Shown here: in pieces, positions 27,777-37,489 of the stretch
How the letters are laid out: the number at the start of each line of letters is the position of its first letter
Position numbering within the stretch: the first letter of the stretch is position 1
Program-made: the position numbers and the translations under genes
Notes under the pieces: generated by a model
The model's input: only the letters and a program-made list of their open reading frames with translations
Told to the model about the DNA's origin: nothing
Database searches by the model: none
From: Clostridia bacterium
GTDB taxonomy: Bacteria > Bacillota > Clostridia > Oscillospirales > CAG-272
NCBI GenBank assembly: GCA_017462605.1
Contig: JAFTQV010000057.1
Span: 662 to 64,661 of the forward strand
Direction of reading: 5' to 3'
Length of the DNA stretch: 64,000 bases

Positions 27777-28652
27777 ATGTCGAAAAAGTTAAGAACACGC
27801 GGTCACCGTGTCGTCCTCAACCGTTCGGCAGGAGGCGATACCGGTATCACTATCATGCTCACCATCATGGGACTTTTCATGTTCCTTCCTATGTATTACG
27901 TTGTAATTCAGTCCTTGAAGCCTCTTGACGAGCATTTCATGTTCCCCCCGAAGTTCATCGTTATCAATCCTACCCTTGATAACTTTGCCGATCTCTTCAC
28001 CCTTATGGGTGACTCGTGGGTACCCTTCTCGAGATACATATTCAATACGGTATTCATCACCATCTGCGGAACGATAGGTAACCTCATCTTCGCTTCGATG
28101 GCTGCATACTCACTCGCGAAGCTTCGTTTCCCCGGAAGAAATGCGATATTCCAGATAATCGTTATGTCGCTTATGTTCCACTCAACGGTAAACCAGGTAA
28201 CTCACTTCATCATCCTTTCTGCATTCGGATGGATCGATACTTACCTTTCTATTATTGTACCTTCTATGGCAACGACCATCGGTCTTTACCTTATGAAGCA
28301 GTTTATGGAGACCTCAGTACCCGATACGGTGCTTGAATCTGCAAGACTTGACGGCGCAAGCGAATTCAGAACATATCTGACGATAGCGATGCCCATGGTT
28401 AAGCCCGCTTGGCTCACACTTATTATAGAGTGCTTCAAGAGCCTTTGGAACTCGGGATCCTCGATCTACATTCACTCCGAGGAGCTTAAGACCTTCAACT
28501 ACGCAATTCAGCAGATCCTGACGGGCGGTATCGCGCGTTCGGGCGCAGGTGCTGCGGCAACCGTTGTTATGATGATAGTTCCCATAGGAATATTCGTCTT
28601 AAGCCAGAGCCAGATCATAGAGACGATGGGCTCGTCCGGTATGAAGGATTAA
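27777..28652 (+). CDS. carbohydrate ABC transporter permease (MalG/LplC-like)
   Basis: ATG 27777 preferred over GTG 27768. EAA loop (LESARLDGASEFRTYLTIAMP). Confidence 0.9.
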   Translation: MSKKLRTRGHRVVLNRSAGGDTGITIMLTIMGLFMFLPMYYVVIQSLKPLDEHFMFPPKFIVINPTLDNFADLFTLMGDSWVPFSRYIFNTVFITICGTIGNLIFASMAAYSLAKLRFPGRNAIFQIIVMSLMFHSTVNQVTHFIILSAFGWIDTYLSIIVPSMATTIGLYLMKQFMETSVPDTVLESARLDGASEFRTYLTIAMPMVKPAWLTLIIECFKSLWNSGSSIYIHSEELKTFNYAIQQILTGGIARSGAGAAATVVMMIVPIGIFVLSQSQIIETMGSSGMKD

Positions 28653-28664
28653 GGAGGGAAGAAA

Positions 28665-30845
28665 ATGAAAAATAAGCTTTCGAAACTTCTTATTCTCATA
28701 TTGGTTCTCGGAACAGTCTTCGGTTCGGTATCAGCCTTTGCATATGAAGCGTTTGATACGTACACCTACTCGATAGACGGAGAGCCTCTTAAATCTCCCG
28801 CGGCATACCAGCCTGCGGACACGGTAGACTCATCTGAAATGGGACTTACCGAAAAATTCGGCGGACTTCCGCTGAACAGCGCAAACGACATCGTTACCGA
28901 TAACGATTCCAACGTTTATATCGCTGATACCAATAACGACAGAATAGTAGTTCTCAACAAGTATTATTCCGTTGTTGCAGTCCTCAGCACTTATGAGGAC
29001 GAATACGCAAACGAGCAGACACTTTCCAAGCCCGAGGGCATTTACGTAACAGACCCCACAAAGACCTCTAACCGCGAGAGCTACATCTACGTATGCGATA
29101 CCGGTAATAAGAGAGTCGTTGTATTCGATAGAGAATACAATTACGTAAGAACCTATGAGAAGCCCGATTCCGCGCTTCTTACCGAGGGCGCATTCATTCC
29201 TTCATCGATCGCTGTTGATATCTACGGAAGAATATTCATAGTATCAAAGAGCTCGAGCGAGGGTGTTATCGTAATGTCAAGCGAAGGAGACTTCACAGGC
29301 TTCATCGGAGCGCAGAAGGTTACTTATTCGCTCATCCAGATGATCTGGAGAAGATTCCAGTCGAAGGAGCAGCGCGATAGCCAGGCGGCAAACGTATCTG
29401 TTTCTTACAACAATATCACGGTTGACGATTACGGCTTCGTATACGTCACCAACAATAAGATCGATAAGAATCAGCAGTATAAGGCAATCAAGTCAAAGAA
29501 TGCTGACTATTCTCCCGTCAAGAAGCTTAACTCCGCGGGAGATGAGATCATGAAGCGTAACGGATTCTTCGATCCCGGCGGAGAGGTGGCTGTAAACCTT
29601 CTTTCAACGAACGGACTCGGAGTTTCTGATATCATTGACGTTGCGATAGGTAGGGAAGAGTCCTGGTCGATCCTCGATAAATCCCGTTCAAGAATATTCA
29701 CCTATGACCAGAACGGTAACCTTTTGTTTGCATTTGGAGACATGGGTGACTCACTTGGAAACGGTGAGAACTTCGTAGCGATCACTTATCACACTGTTGA
29801 TGACGTTACTTATATACTTGCGCTCGATAATGCGGGCACAGGCTTTAAGATCACGGTTTATTCTCCCACCGATTACTGCGACACGATCATGAACGCTCTT
29901 CGCAATCAGAATGAGCATAACTATTCGGCGTCGATAGTATATTGGCAGGACGTTCTTACTAAGAACAATAACTTTGACTTGGCTTATATCGGTATAGGTA
30001 AAGCTCTTTACAACCAGGGAGAATATGAGGAAGCGATGGAAATGCTCGCCTCTGCTTATGAGACCGAGCAGTATTCGAAGGCATTTGCCGAGATCCGTAA
30101 GGATATCATAGGCACATGGCTCATTCCTATCCTCGTTCTCATCATTGCTCTTGTTGTCGGATTCCTTAAGTTCCTTGGATGGGCTAAGAAGAAGAACAAG
30201 GCAACCTCGCTCAAGGTTGGCAAGAAGACCTACGTCGAGGAGCTTATCTACGTATTCCACCTTTGGTTCCACCCCTTCGATGCGTATTGGGACCTCAAGC
30301 ACGAAAAGAGAGGATCTGTTCGCGCGGGACTTACCATTATGGGTATAACCATTCTCGCATTCTTCTATCAGTCGGTTGGCCGCGGATACATATTCAATCC
30401 GAGAGATGCTTATTCGACGATAATCGTTCAGATACTTTCGATCGCAGTTCCCGTACTTCTCTGGTGCGTTGGTAACTGGTGTCTTACAACACTCTTTGAG
30501 GGTGAAGGAAGCTTCAAGGATATCTTTATTGCGACAACCTATTCCTTAGCGCCCCTTCCTCTTCTCGTAATCATTTCCACCGTGCTTACAAATATTCTGA
30601 CTCAGTCCGAGGGCTCGATAGTAACCCTTCTTGTAACCTTCGGTTATATCTGGGTAGGAATACTTCTGTTCTTCGGAACTCTTGTAACGCATGATTATCC
30701 GCTCGGAAAGAACGTGCTTATAACTATCTGCTCTATCGTGGCAATGGCGGTTATAATGTTCGTCGCAATACTTTTCTCGAGCCTTGTTATCAAGATGGTG
30801 ACCTTCGTTGTAGCGATCTTTACAGAGATCGGCAACAGAGTATAA
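28665..30845 (+). CDS. NHL-repeat beta-propeller / TPR / Yip1-domain membrane protein
   Basis: 726 aa. Signal peptide, NHL-like blades (NVYIADTNNDRIVVLN, YIYVCDTGNKRVVVFD, GRIFIVS, RIFTYDQNGNLLFAFG), a TPR-like segment, then a TM and a 5-TM Yip1-like C-terminus. Confidence 0.65.
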   Translation: MKNKLSKLLILILVLGTVFGSVSAFAYEAFDTYTYSIDGEPLKSPAAYQPADTVDSSEMGLTEKFGGLPLNSANDIVTDNDSNVYIADTNNDRIVVLNKYYSVVAVLSTYEDEYANEQTLSKPEGIYVTDPTKTSNRESYIYVCDTGNKRVVVFDREYNYVRTYEKPDSALLTEGAFIPSSIAVDIYGRIFIVSKSSSEGVIVMSSEGDFTGFIGAQKVTYSLIQMIWRRFQSKEQRDSQAANVSVSYNNITVDDYGFVYVTNNKIDKNQQYKAIKSKNADYSPVKKLNSAGDEIMKRNGFFDPGGEVAVNLLSTNGLGVSDIIDVAIGREESWSILDKSRSRIFTYDQNGNLLFAFGDMGDSLGNGENFVAITYHTVDDVTYILALDNAGTGFKITVYSPTDYCDTIMNALRNQNEHNYSASIVYWQDVLTKNNNFDLAYIGIGKALYNQGEYEEAMEMLASAYETEQYSKAFAEIRKDIIGTWLIPILVLIIALVVGFLKFLGWAKKKNKATSLKVGKKTYVEELIYVFHLWFHPFDAYWDLKHEKRGSVRAGLTIMGITILAFFYQSVGRGYIFNPRDAYSTIIVQILSIAVPVLLWCVGNWCLTTLFEGEGSFKDIFIATTYSLAPLPLLVIISTVLTNILTQSEGSIVTLLVTFGYIWVGILLFFGTLVTHDYPLGKNVLITICSIVAMAVIMFVAILFSSLVIKMVTFVVAIFTEIGNRV

Positions 30846-30866
30846 CAAAGCAGGAGGTAATATAAT

Positions 30867-33800
30867 ATGAAAATTAAAAAGTTAATATCGTCTGCTTTGT
30901 TGGTGGTTCTTATGTTCAGCTTCGTTGTGGCGCTTGTTCCCACAGGCGCATCGGCTGCTTATATCGAGACCTCAGAGGGCTCGGCTAAGCTTTCCGAAAA
31001 AGAGATCGAAGAATATATCGTAAGCATCTATGACCGCAACAGCGAGACGAGATATAAGTTTGAGACCGCCGAGGAAATGCTCAATTACGAAAGAGAGCTT
31101 GGCTATCTCAACAGTGTAACTACTTCCGATAAGACTTACACTATCTACGTTAATAAGTACACCGGTGTACTCTATTACGCAAACAATGTGACGGGTCAGA
31201 TACTTACATCTAACCCCTACAACTACTCAACTACGGATGCGGATCTTGTAAACCAGCTGCTTCTCAGCCAGATCAATATTAAGTTTACCGAGATCGCAAC
31301 CAATAAGAGCACCGAGGACTTCTCCTCGGCATACGAGGCAGCTCTCAGGGGTCAGATTTCCTCAAGCTTCATCAAAAATGGTATAAGAGTTAATTACACG
31401 CTCGGAGATACCACAGCAAGATTCCTTCTCCCCGGAAGAATGAAGGCTGATAAGTTCGAGGAGCAGATACTCAAGCCTATGCTCGAGAATTTCGGCAACC
31501 TTATGAATGAGTACTGCAAGGATATCGATTATGATAAGGCTTGCCCTGAGGTAAAGGCTCTGCTTGATACTTATTCGGAAAAAGGCTTCGGCTTCTACGA
31601 GTACGAAGGCTTCTATAAGTACGATAAGCGTAAAATAGAGCTTAATACCAAGACGTTCTATAATTCCGTTGAATACGGTTATCTCAATCAGTTCGCATAC
31701 ATGAGCTACTTCGATCAGATGAAGACGCTCTTCTCGTATGATAGAAACGATAACCCGGATGGCTTTAGCAAAACCGATAAGGATCTCGAGAGAAGAGCGA
31801 GATACAATGAGCTGAATCAGCTCCTTACCGATTTCCTTCAGCTTACCAACTGGATGACTCTCGTTAATCCTTCGAGCTACTTCGATAAGGAAAACTACAC
31901 CGAGAGCAAGGCGTATCAGAAGATCATCCGTGAGTATTATACTCCTTCGGATAGCAACAGAGATTGCGAGATCTTCGAGACTCTTGATGCGATGTACGTT
32001 TACACGAGAGGTAACGACGTTGCTCTTAAGAGCGAGGCATCCCTTCTTTTCCAGAAGTATGCTAATGATTACACCTTCTCCGAGATGTTTGAGGATGAGG
32101 ACGAGTGCGGATATATAGATCAGAGCCTTAAAAAGCCCGTATTCAGACTTTCCCTTGAATATACCTTCAATTCTGACGGAAGCCTTAACGTAAGACTTCC
32201 CGCAAACTCTATCAGCTTTGACGAAACTCTCTACAACCTTGATAAGATAACTCCCCTCGAGTTCTTCGGCGTTGGAGACATCAAAAATAACGATGGATAC
32301 ATCTTCTATCCCGATGGATGCGGTACACTCCTTAATTTTGACGATCTCAGAAGCATGAAGATAAGAGCAAACCTTGCCTCTGCTGTTTACGGCAGAGACC
32401 AGAGCTACTCAAATATCGAGATAGTTTCTCCCCCTCACGCGCAGATATCAATGCCTGTATACGGCGTTGTTGCTGAGGAGAAGGCAACCGAGTTTACCTC
32501 TACCAAGTATTCAATAGATACTGTTACCAACGGTTATTTCGCAATGCTTGAAGAGGGCGCATCACTTGCTCAGATCGGCTTCCAGACAGGTGGATCCGAG
32601 CATCCCTTCGGCGGAGCATACTGCTTCTATCAGCCCTATCCTTCGGATAAGTTCGCTCTTGATTCGGCTTCGGTAGGTGTATCAAGCGAATATACCATAG
32701 TTTCCGAGTCCAAGTATACCGGCTCTTACGTAACAAGAATCGTAATGCTTGCGGATGAAAGACTTAATCCTACCGATAAGTTCTACGATGCAAGCTACGT
32801 CGGTATGGCTTCTTACTACCGCAACCGCCTCGAGGAAACCGGCGTTATAACCGCTCTCGAGAATACCGATAAGAACCTTCCTCTTTATATAGAGGCTCTC
32901 GGTTCTATGGAAATAATCACCAAGTTCCTCTCATTCCCCATAACCACCAAGGTGGCTCTCACGACCTTCGATGACGTTCTGACTATGTACAATGAGATAG
33001 CAGACGTTGAGAAGATCAACGCAAGCTTTGACAGTATGATCGAGAAATACAAGGAGCTTGCCGAAAATGCAAGAGCAACGTCTCTTGATATGGAGGACGA
33101 GACCCTTGCGGCTAAGTATTTAAGGCAGGCGGAGTCATATGACGAGCTTGTTGCAAAGTACACCGAGCTTAAGGGCAAGGTAGCTTCGATCGACAATGTA
33201 AACTTCCGTCTTACAGGATTTGGCAACGGCGGACTTTACTACACTTACCCCACTAAGGTAAGATGGGATAGCGCTTGCGGCGGAAAGAAGGCTTTCAATA
33301 ATCTTGTTTCCAAGGCTGAGGAGCTTTCCGTCGGAGCAAAGAATCTCGGTATCTACCCCGAGTACGACTTCCTCTACATCAACTACACCGACCTCTTTGA
33401 CGGTATATCCGTTCGCGGCAACGTTTCCCGAATGGTTGATAACCGCTATGCATCAAAGCAGGTTTACGACTCGGTAATGCACGAGTACGTATCAAACTTC
33501 ACTCTTGTTATCAACCCCGAGGCTCTTGAACGCCTTTACGCGAAGTTTATTTCGCAGTACACTAAGTACAACGTTAAGGGAATTTCCGTATCTACTCTCG
33601 GTTCTGACCTCAACTCCAACTTTGACGAGGACGTTCCTGTCAACCGTGACGATGCTGAGAAATACGTTGTTTCTGTTCTTGATAAGCTTAAGAACGGAGA
33701 GAGCGAGGAGAGCAAGAAGTATGATGTAATGCTTGACGTCGGCAACGTTTATTCGGTAGAATACGCGTCTCATATACTTAACGCTTCTATCGATTCGAGC

Positions 33801-34676
33801 CACTTCAGATTTGCATCGAGCCCCATTCCTTTCGTTGGAATGATCCTTCACGGATACGTTAATTACGCAGGTACTCCCTTCAACTATTCGGGTGCTCCTG
33901 AGTATGATATGCTTCGTTCGATCGAATCGGGCGCTGCGGCATACTACATTCTCTGCTATCAGAATTCCGGTTACATGAAGGACGATATCGAGCTTAACGA
34001 TTACTACGGTATCGACTATTCGACCTGGTATGACGATATGGTTATCACTCACACCGAGCTTTCGAATGCGATTGGCGATCTTCAGAATTACAAGATCGTT
34101 GATCATAAGTTCATAATCGGCGAGAGAGTCATTGAGGAAAAAGAGCAGATAGAGAATAATAACCGTCTTGAGAAGGAATTTATCACAGTCCTTAAGGAGC
34201 ATATAGAGAATATGATCGACGAGGGCTATGCTGAGATGAGCGCTGCAGGAAAGCCTTACGCAACTCCTCTTGTTCTTTCGATCGATGAGGACGCTCTTCT
34301 TAAATACTTCGCTGAAAACAGACTTTACACAACCGTTGAAGCGCTTGACGCTGACTTTACTGCAGAGGTCAAGAAGATCGCTTCCGATTACGAGAACGCA
34401 TACAAGTCGGATTCCGCCGATGCGTACATCGTTACCGTAAACACTATTGATTATGAGACTCAGTATTCCTTCCATACCGATTCTATCGCTACGGATAAGG
34501 ATTACGTTCACACCGACTTCACAAGTGACGTAGGTAATATCGTACTTGTAACCTACAAGAACGGTGATGACGTTGTTCAGTTCATACTCAATTACAATAT
34601 TTACACCGTAAAGGTCGACCTTGGAAACGGCAACGTTTACGAGCTTGACAAATACAAGTACGTAAGAATAGGATAA
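30867..34676 (+). CDS. large secreted protein of unknown function (tentatively DUF5696-like)
   Basis: 1269 aa with signal peptide (MKIKKLISSALLVVLMFSFVVALVPTGASA) and a strong SD. The family assignment is a recollection only and is not verifiable here. Confidence 0.6.
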   Translation: MKIKKLISSALLVVLMFSFVVALVPTGASAAYIETSEGSAKLSEKEIEEYIVSIYDRNSETRYKFETAEEMLNYERELGYLNSVTTSDKTYTIYVNKYTGVLYYANNVTGQILTSNPYNYSTTDADLVNQLLLSQINIKFTEIATNKSTEDFSSAYEAALRGQISSSFIKNGIRVNYTLGDTTARFLLPGRMKADKFEEQILKPMLENFGNLMNEYCKDIDYDKACPEVKALLDTYSEKGFGFYEYEGFYKYDKRKIELNTKTFYNSVEYGYLNQFAYMSYFDQMKTLFSYDRNDNPDGFSKTDKDLERRARYNELNQLLTDFLQLTNWMTLVNPSSYFDKENYTESKAYQKIIREYYTPSDSNRDCEIFETLDAMYVYTRGNDVALKSEASLLFQKYANDYTFSEMFEDEDECGYIDQSLKKPVFRLSLEYTFNSDGSLNVRLPANSISFDETLYNLDKITPLEFFGVGDIKNNDGYIFYPDGCGTLLNFDDLRSMKIRANLASAVYGRDQSYSNIEIVSPPHAQISMPVYGVVAEEKATEFTSTKYSIDTVTNGYFAMLEEGASLAQIGFQTGGSEHPFGGAYCFYQPYPSDKFALDSASVGVSSEYTIVSESKYTGSYVTRIVMLADERLNPTDKFYDASYVGMASYYRNRLEETGVITALENTDKNLPLYIEALGSMEIITKFLSFPITTKVALTTFDDVLTMYNEIADVEKINASFDSMIEKYKELAENARATSLDMEDETLAAKYLRQAESYDELVAKYTELKGKVASIDNVNFRLTGFGNGGLYYTYPTKVRWDSACGGKKAFNNLVSKAEELSVGAKNLGIYPEYDFLYINYTDLFDGISVRGNVSRMVDNRYASKQVYDSVMHEYVSNFTLVINPEALERLYAKFISQYTKYNVKGISVSTLGSDLNSNFDEDVPVNRDDAEKYVVSVLDKLKNGESEESKKYDVMLDVGNVYSVEYASHILNASIDSSHFRFASSPIPFVGMILHGYVNYAGTPFNYSGAPEYDMLRSIESGAAAYYILCYQNSGYMKDDIELNDYYGIDYSTWYDDMVITHTELSNAIGDLQNYKIVDHKFIIGERVIEEKEQIENNNRLEKEFITVLKEHIENMIDEGYAEMSAAGKPYATPLVLSIDEDALLKYFAENRLYTTVEALDADFTAEVKKIASDYENAYKSDSADAYIVTVNTIDYETQYSFHTDSIATDKDYVHTDFTSDVGNIVLVTYKNGDDVVQFILNYNIYTVKVDLGNGNVYELDKYKYVRIG

Positions 34677-34688
34677 GGAGGTAGAGAA

Positions 34689-35738
34689 ATGACAGATATT
34701 ATAAATAGTCTCGCTGATGCGGTAGAAGAACCCGAAGTACAGCCTAATGACGATTCCGTAGCGGTTCCCGAAATAGCAGCATCCGAGCTTGATAACAATG
34801 GTTTCATTAAAAAGAACACCAAAAAAGTATCTCTTGACGCTAAGAAAGCGCGCGCAGGATATATCTTCGTGCTTCCTTTCCTTATCGGTCTTGTACTCGT
34901 TTATTTCCCGCTGCTTATCGATTCGCTATGGCTCAGCCTTACAGTCCCCGCCGAGACACCCATCGGCGGAGACTCCTCGAGAAAGTATTACGCATTTGCA
35001 GGACTTACTAACTATTTCGACGCGTTTGACACGCCGAACTTTGTTACAGGTCTTGCGGCAGGACTCCAGGAGATCGTATTCCAGGTTCCCGCTATCATAG
35101 TATTCTCGCTCTTCATAGCTGTTGTTCTTAACCAGAAAATGCTTGGTAGAGCAGTATTCCGCGCGATCTTCTTCCTTCCCGTTATCGTTTCAACGGGTAT
35201 CATGGAGGTCATTAACGCAAACGGTGACTTCTCGGATATCTCCCAGAGCGGTATTGATGACGGATCAGGCGGCGGCGGAGCGAATGATCTTATTTCCGTG
35301 CTTGATATTCAGGCGCTCTTTGCGAATATGAATATCCCAGGCGGAGAAGAGCTTGTCGGATACGTTGTTCAGATAGTTAATGAGATCTATGATATTATTA
35401 ACTATTCGGGCGTTCAGATGCTTATATTCCTTGCAGGTCTTCAGTCAATCTCCCCCTCGATCTACGAGGCGTGTAAGATAGACGGTGCGACAGGCTGGGA
35501 AACCTTCTGGAAGGTAACCTTCCCGATGATCTCGCCCATCATTCTCGTAAACGCATTCTATACGGTAATTGACGCGTTGACCAGACCTCAGAACCCTATG
35601 GTTCTTACCATAGAGCAGGTCTCAGACCCCAACGATTCCTCTGCGATGTATTGGATATACTTCCTTATTATAATACTCATCGTTGCGGCTATCGCAGGTA
35701 TCTGCTCAACGTTCGTCTTCTACCAGAGAAGAGATTAA
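34689..35738 (+). CDS. carbohydrate ABC transporter permease (second MalF-like) with acidic N-terminal extension
   Basis: 349 aa, EAA loop (YEACKIDGATGWETFWKVTFP), ~55-aa acidic cytoplasmic N-terminus. Confidence 0.88.
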   Translation: MTDIINSLADAVEEPEVQPNDDSVAVPEIAASELDNNGFIKKNTKKVSLDAKKARAGYIFVLPFLIGLVLVYFPLLIDSLWLSLTVPAETPIGGDSSRKYYAFAGLTNYFDAFDTPNFVTGLAAGLQEIVFQVPAIIVFSLFIAVVLNQKMLGRAVFRAIFFLPVIVSTGIMEVINANGDFSDISQSGIDDGSGGGGANDLISVLDIQALFANMNIPGGEELVGYVVQIVNEIYDIINYSGVQMLIFLAGLQSISPSIYEACKIDGATGWETFWKVTFPMISPIILVNAFYTVIDALTRPQNPMVLTIEQVSDPNDSSAMYWIYFLIIILIVAAIAGICSTFVFYQRRD

Positions 35739-35750
35739 GGAGGGCTTGAC

Positions 35751-36803
35751 ATGGAAAACACAACTGTTGTTACTAAAGAAACTAAAAACAGGATCCACGT
35801 TGATTACGAAGGCAAGCTCACTTTTAAGGAAAGGCTTCTCAGTAAGCTTAAGGCATCAAATACCTGGATACTGATCGTAGTTAATATTTTCAGATTTATC
35901 CTTATGCTTGGCGTCTCCTTCGTTATCCTTTATCCTTTCTTTGCTAAGATAGCAGGATCGTTTATGTCAATGGATGACATTGTTGACCCCACGGTATCGC
36001 TTATTCCTAAGAATTTCACTCTTTCTACCTACCGTGCGATCATCACCGAGAATCACTATTTTGAGGCTGTGGGAAATACTCTTATGATATCCCTCATCTG
36101 CGCTCTTATCCAGACCCTTATTTCCTGCCTTATAGGATACGGACTTTCCAAGTTCAAATTCAAGGGCAACGGTGTAATAATGGGACTTGTAGTGCTTACG
36201 ATGGTTATTCCTCACAGAACACTCAGCTCGGCAATGAGAGGCTTGCTTAATAACTACGATATCTTCACTATAAAGACGATGAGCTACAAAGGTCCGATCG
36301 AGCTTATCTTTGGATCTCCCATAGATCTCTCTGAGACCTTCTGGCCGCTTGTTCTTCTTTCGATCTTCGGAATAGCTCTTAAGAACGGCTTGTATATCTA
36401 TCTTATGAGGCAGTTCTTCAAGGGAGTTCCCGATGAGCTTGAAGAGTCCGCGTACGTTGACGGTTCGGGAGTATTCCGTACCTTCTTCCAGATCATTATA
36501 CCTCTTTCCGTGCCCATGATGATCACGATATTCCTTTTCTCCTTCTCATGGCAGTGGACGGACGTATTCTACGTTAACCTCTTCTTTAACGGCGCATCTG
36601 ACTTCTATCTTATGAGAGATGTTCACGGTATGGCGCCGCCCTCACTCCTTCAGTATCAGTACTCCTACGCAGGCTGGGGAATATATAAGGTAGTTATAGA
36701 GAATACCGCAGGTATGCTTATCATAGCTCCGCTTATTATTCTTTTCCTCTTCTGTCAGAAGTATCTCGTACAAGGAATTGAGCGTTCCGGTATCGTTGGC
36801 TAA
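35751..36803 (+). CDS. carbohydrate ABC transporter permease (second MalG-like)
   Basis: 350 aa, EAA loop (EESAYVDGSGVFRTFFQIIIP). Confidence 0.88.
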   Translation: MENTTVVTKETKNRIHVDYEGKLTFKERLLSKLKASNTWILIVVNIFRFILMLGVSFVILYPFFAKIAGSFMSMDDIVDPTVSLIPKNFTLSTYRAIITENHYFEAVGNTLMISLICALIQTLISCLIGYGLSKFKFKGNGVIMGLVVLTMVIPHRTLSSAMRGLLNNYDIFTIKTMSYKGPIELIFGSPIDLSETFWPLVLLSIFGIALKNGLYIYLMRQFFKGVPDELEESAYVDGSGVFRTFFQIIIPLSVPMMITIFLFSFSWQWTDVFYVNLFFNGASDFYLMRDVHGMAPPSLLQYQYSYAGWGIYKVVIENTAGMLIIAPLIILFLFCQKYLVQGIERSGIVG

Positions 36804-36914
36804 TTTTTGACTGTCAAATTCGGGCGATAACGCTCGCTCTCTCCCATTCGCCGTATGTAAATACGGCTTCAGGTCGGGATCAAGTGTTCTCATCCCGAAT
36901 TTGAAGAGTCAAAA
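36804..36914. repeat. 111-nt imperfect inverted-repeat element directly after the operon stop codon
   Basis: TTTTTGACTgtCAAATTCGGG 36804-36823 pairs with CCCGAATTTGaagAGTCAAAA 36894-36914 (17 bp with one internal loop). It encloses hairpins CCGTAT/ATACGG 36851-66 and CGGGAT/ATCCCG 36875-97. Confidence 0.4.
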
Positions 36915-36930
36915 CCGGCATAAGTATTAA

Positions 36931-36965
36931 AAAGAGGCTGAGTCATTAACTTAGCCTCTTTTCTG
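36931..36965 (+). terminator. rho-independent terminator of the ABC locus
   Basis: AAGAGGCTGAG / CTTAGCCTCTT stem followed by TTTCTGTT. Confidence 0.6.
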
Positions 36966-37155
36966 TTGGTCTTACTATAAATTTATGGAATTAATTTTTA
37001 ATTTGTGCAGATAGAATCAAAATAAACAAGCGTTTGATGTGCAAAATGAACAAAAATCGATACTTCGCAATAATCGATTTGTTTAATATTATCAATGATT
37101 TGACATATATGCCAAATAGAAAGAGGGGTATGAAAAAATGTCATATCAAAAAGTA

Positions 37156-37184
37156 TTGACAAATTGAATTTGAAGCAGTATAAT
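37156..37184 (+). promoter_or_regulatory. sigma-A-type promoter of the liv operon leader
   Basis: TTGACA 37156-37161, 17-nt spacer, TATAAT 37179-37184. Confidence 0.65.
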
Positions 37185-37232
37185 AGGAACATCTTTCAGA
37201 GATACATAAAAAAATTCGAAAGGAGAAAGCTA

Positions 37233-37424
37233 ATGAAAACTGTAAGCTCGGTAAACTGTGGAATGAATTCATACGCCTCGGCTGCAACTTCTGTGAGCGG
37301 TCTCCTTCTATGCGGAATTTCGTCGGCTGATGCTGCGATTTCCGCTTTTTCTATTATTTCCCTAATTCGCCGTGAGGCGATAATACTAATTGATCAAAAT
37401 AGAAGACTAAGTACCCCCGCATAG
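37233..37424 (+). CDS. candidate 63-aa Ile/Leu-rich leader peptide
   Basis: ATG 37233 behind AAAGGAGAAAG. The last 31 codons hold 7 Ile and 3 Leu (AISAFSIISLIRREAIILID). The stop TAG 37422-24 lies immediately after antiterminator arm A. Confidence 0.4.
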   Translation: MKTVSSVNCGMNSYASAATSVSGLLLCGISSADAAISAFSIISLIRREAIILIDQNRRLSTPA

Positions 37425-37489
37425 TAGCTTTTTATATTTAAGCCTATGTTATATTTGAAGCGGAGTACTTTTAGTACCCCGTATTTTTT
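37409..37489 (+). promoter_or_regulatory. candidate transcription attenuator (antiterminator/terminator alternative)
   Basis: A = AAGTACCCCCGC 37409-20, B = GCGGAGTACTT 37460-70, C = AGTACCCCG 37473-81, then TATTTTTT. B can pair with either A or C, and B:C plus the U-run forms a terminator. Confidence 0.45.

Noticed and set aside
33492-34511. Long antisense ORFs inside confidently assigned genes. Examples: 33492..34511(-), 44488..45510(+), 50999..51724(+), 12038..12937(-), 13410..14123(-), 20386..21105(-), 23426..24250(-), 42415..42870(+), 41038..41604(-).
   Set aside because: Each lies fully within a gene with clear family motifs on the opposite strand. They lack SDs and have low-complexity or Arg/Ser-rich compositions typical of shadow ORFs.
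36642-36893. 83-aa minus-strand ORF
   Set aside because: It overlaps the 3' end of the permease gene and the inverted-repeat element. It has no SD and reads like translated hairpin arms.
37164-37232. The longer 86-aa version of the leader ORF (track start 37164)
   Set aside because: That start lies inside the promoter spacer, upstream of the predicted transcription start (~37191).
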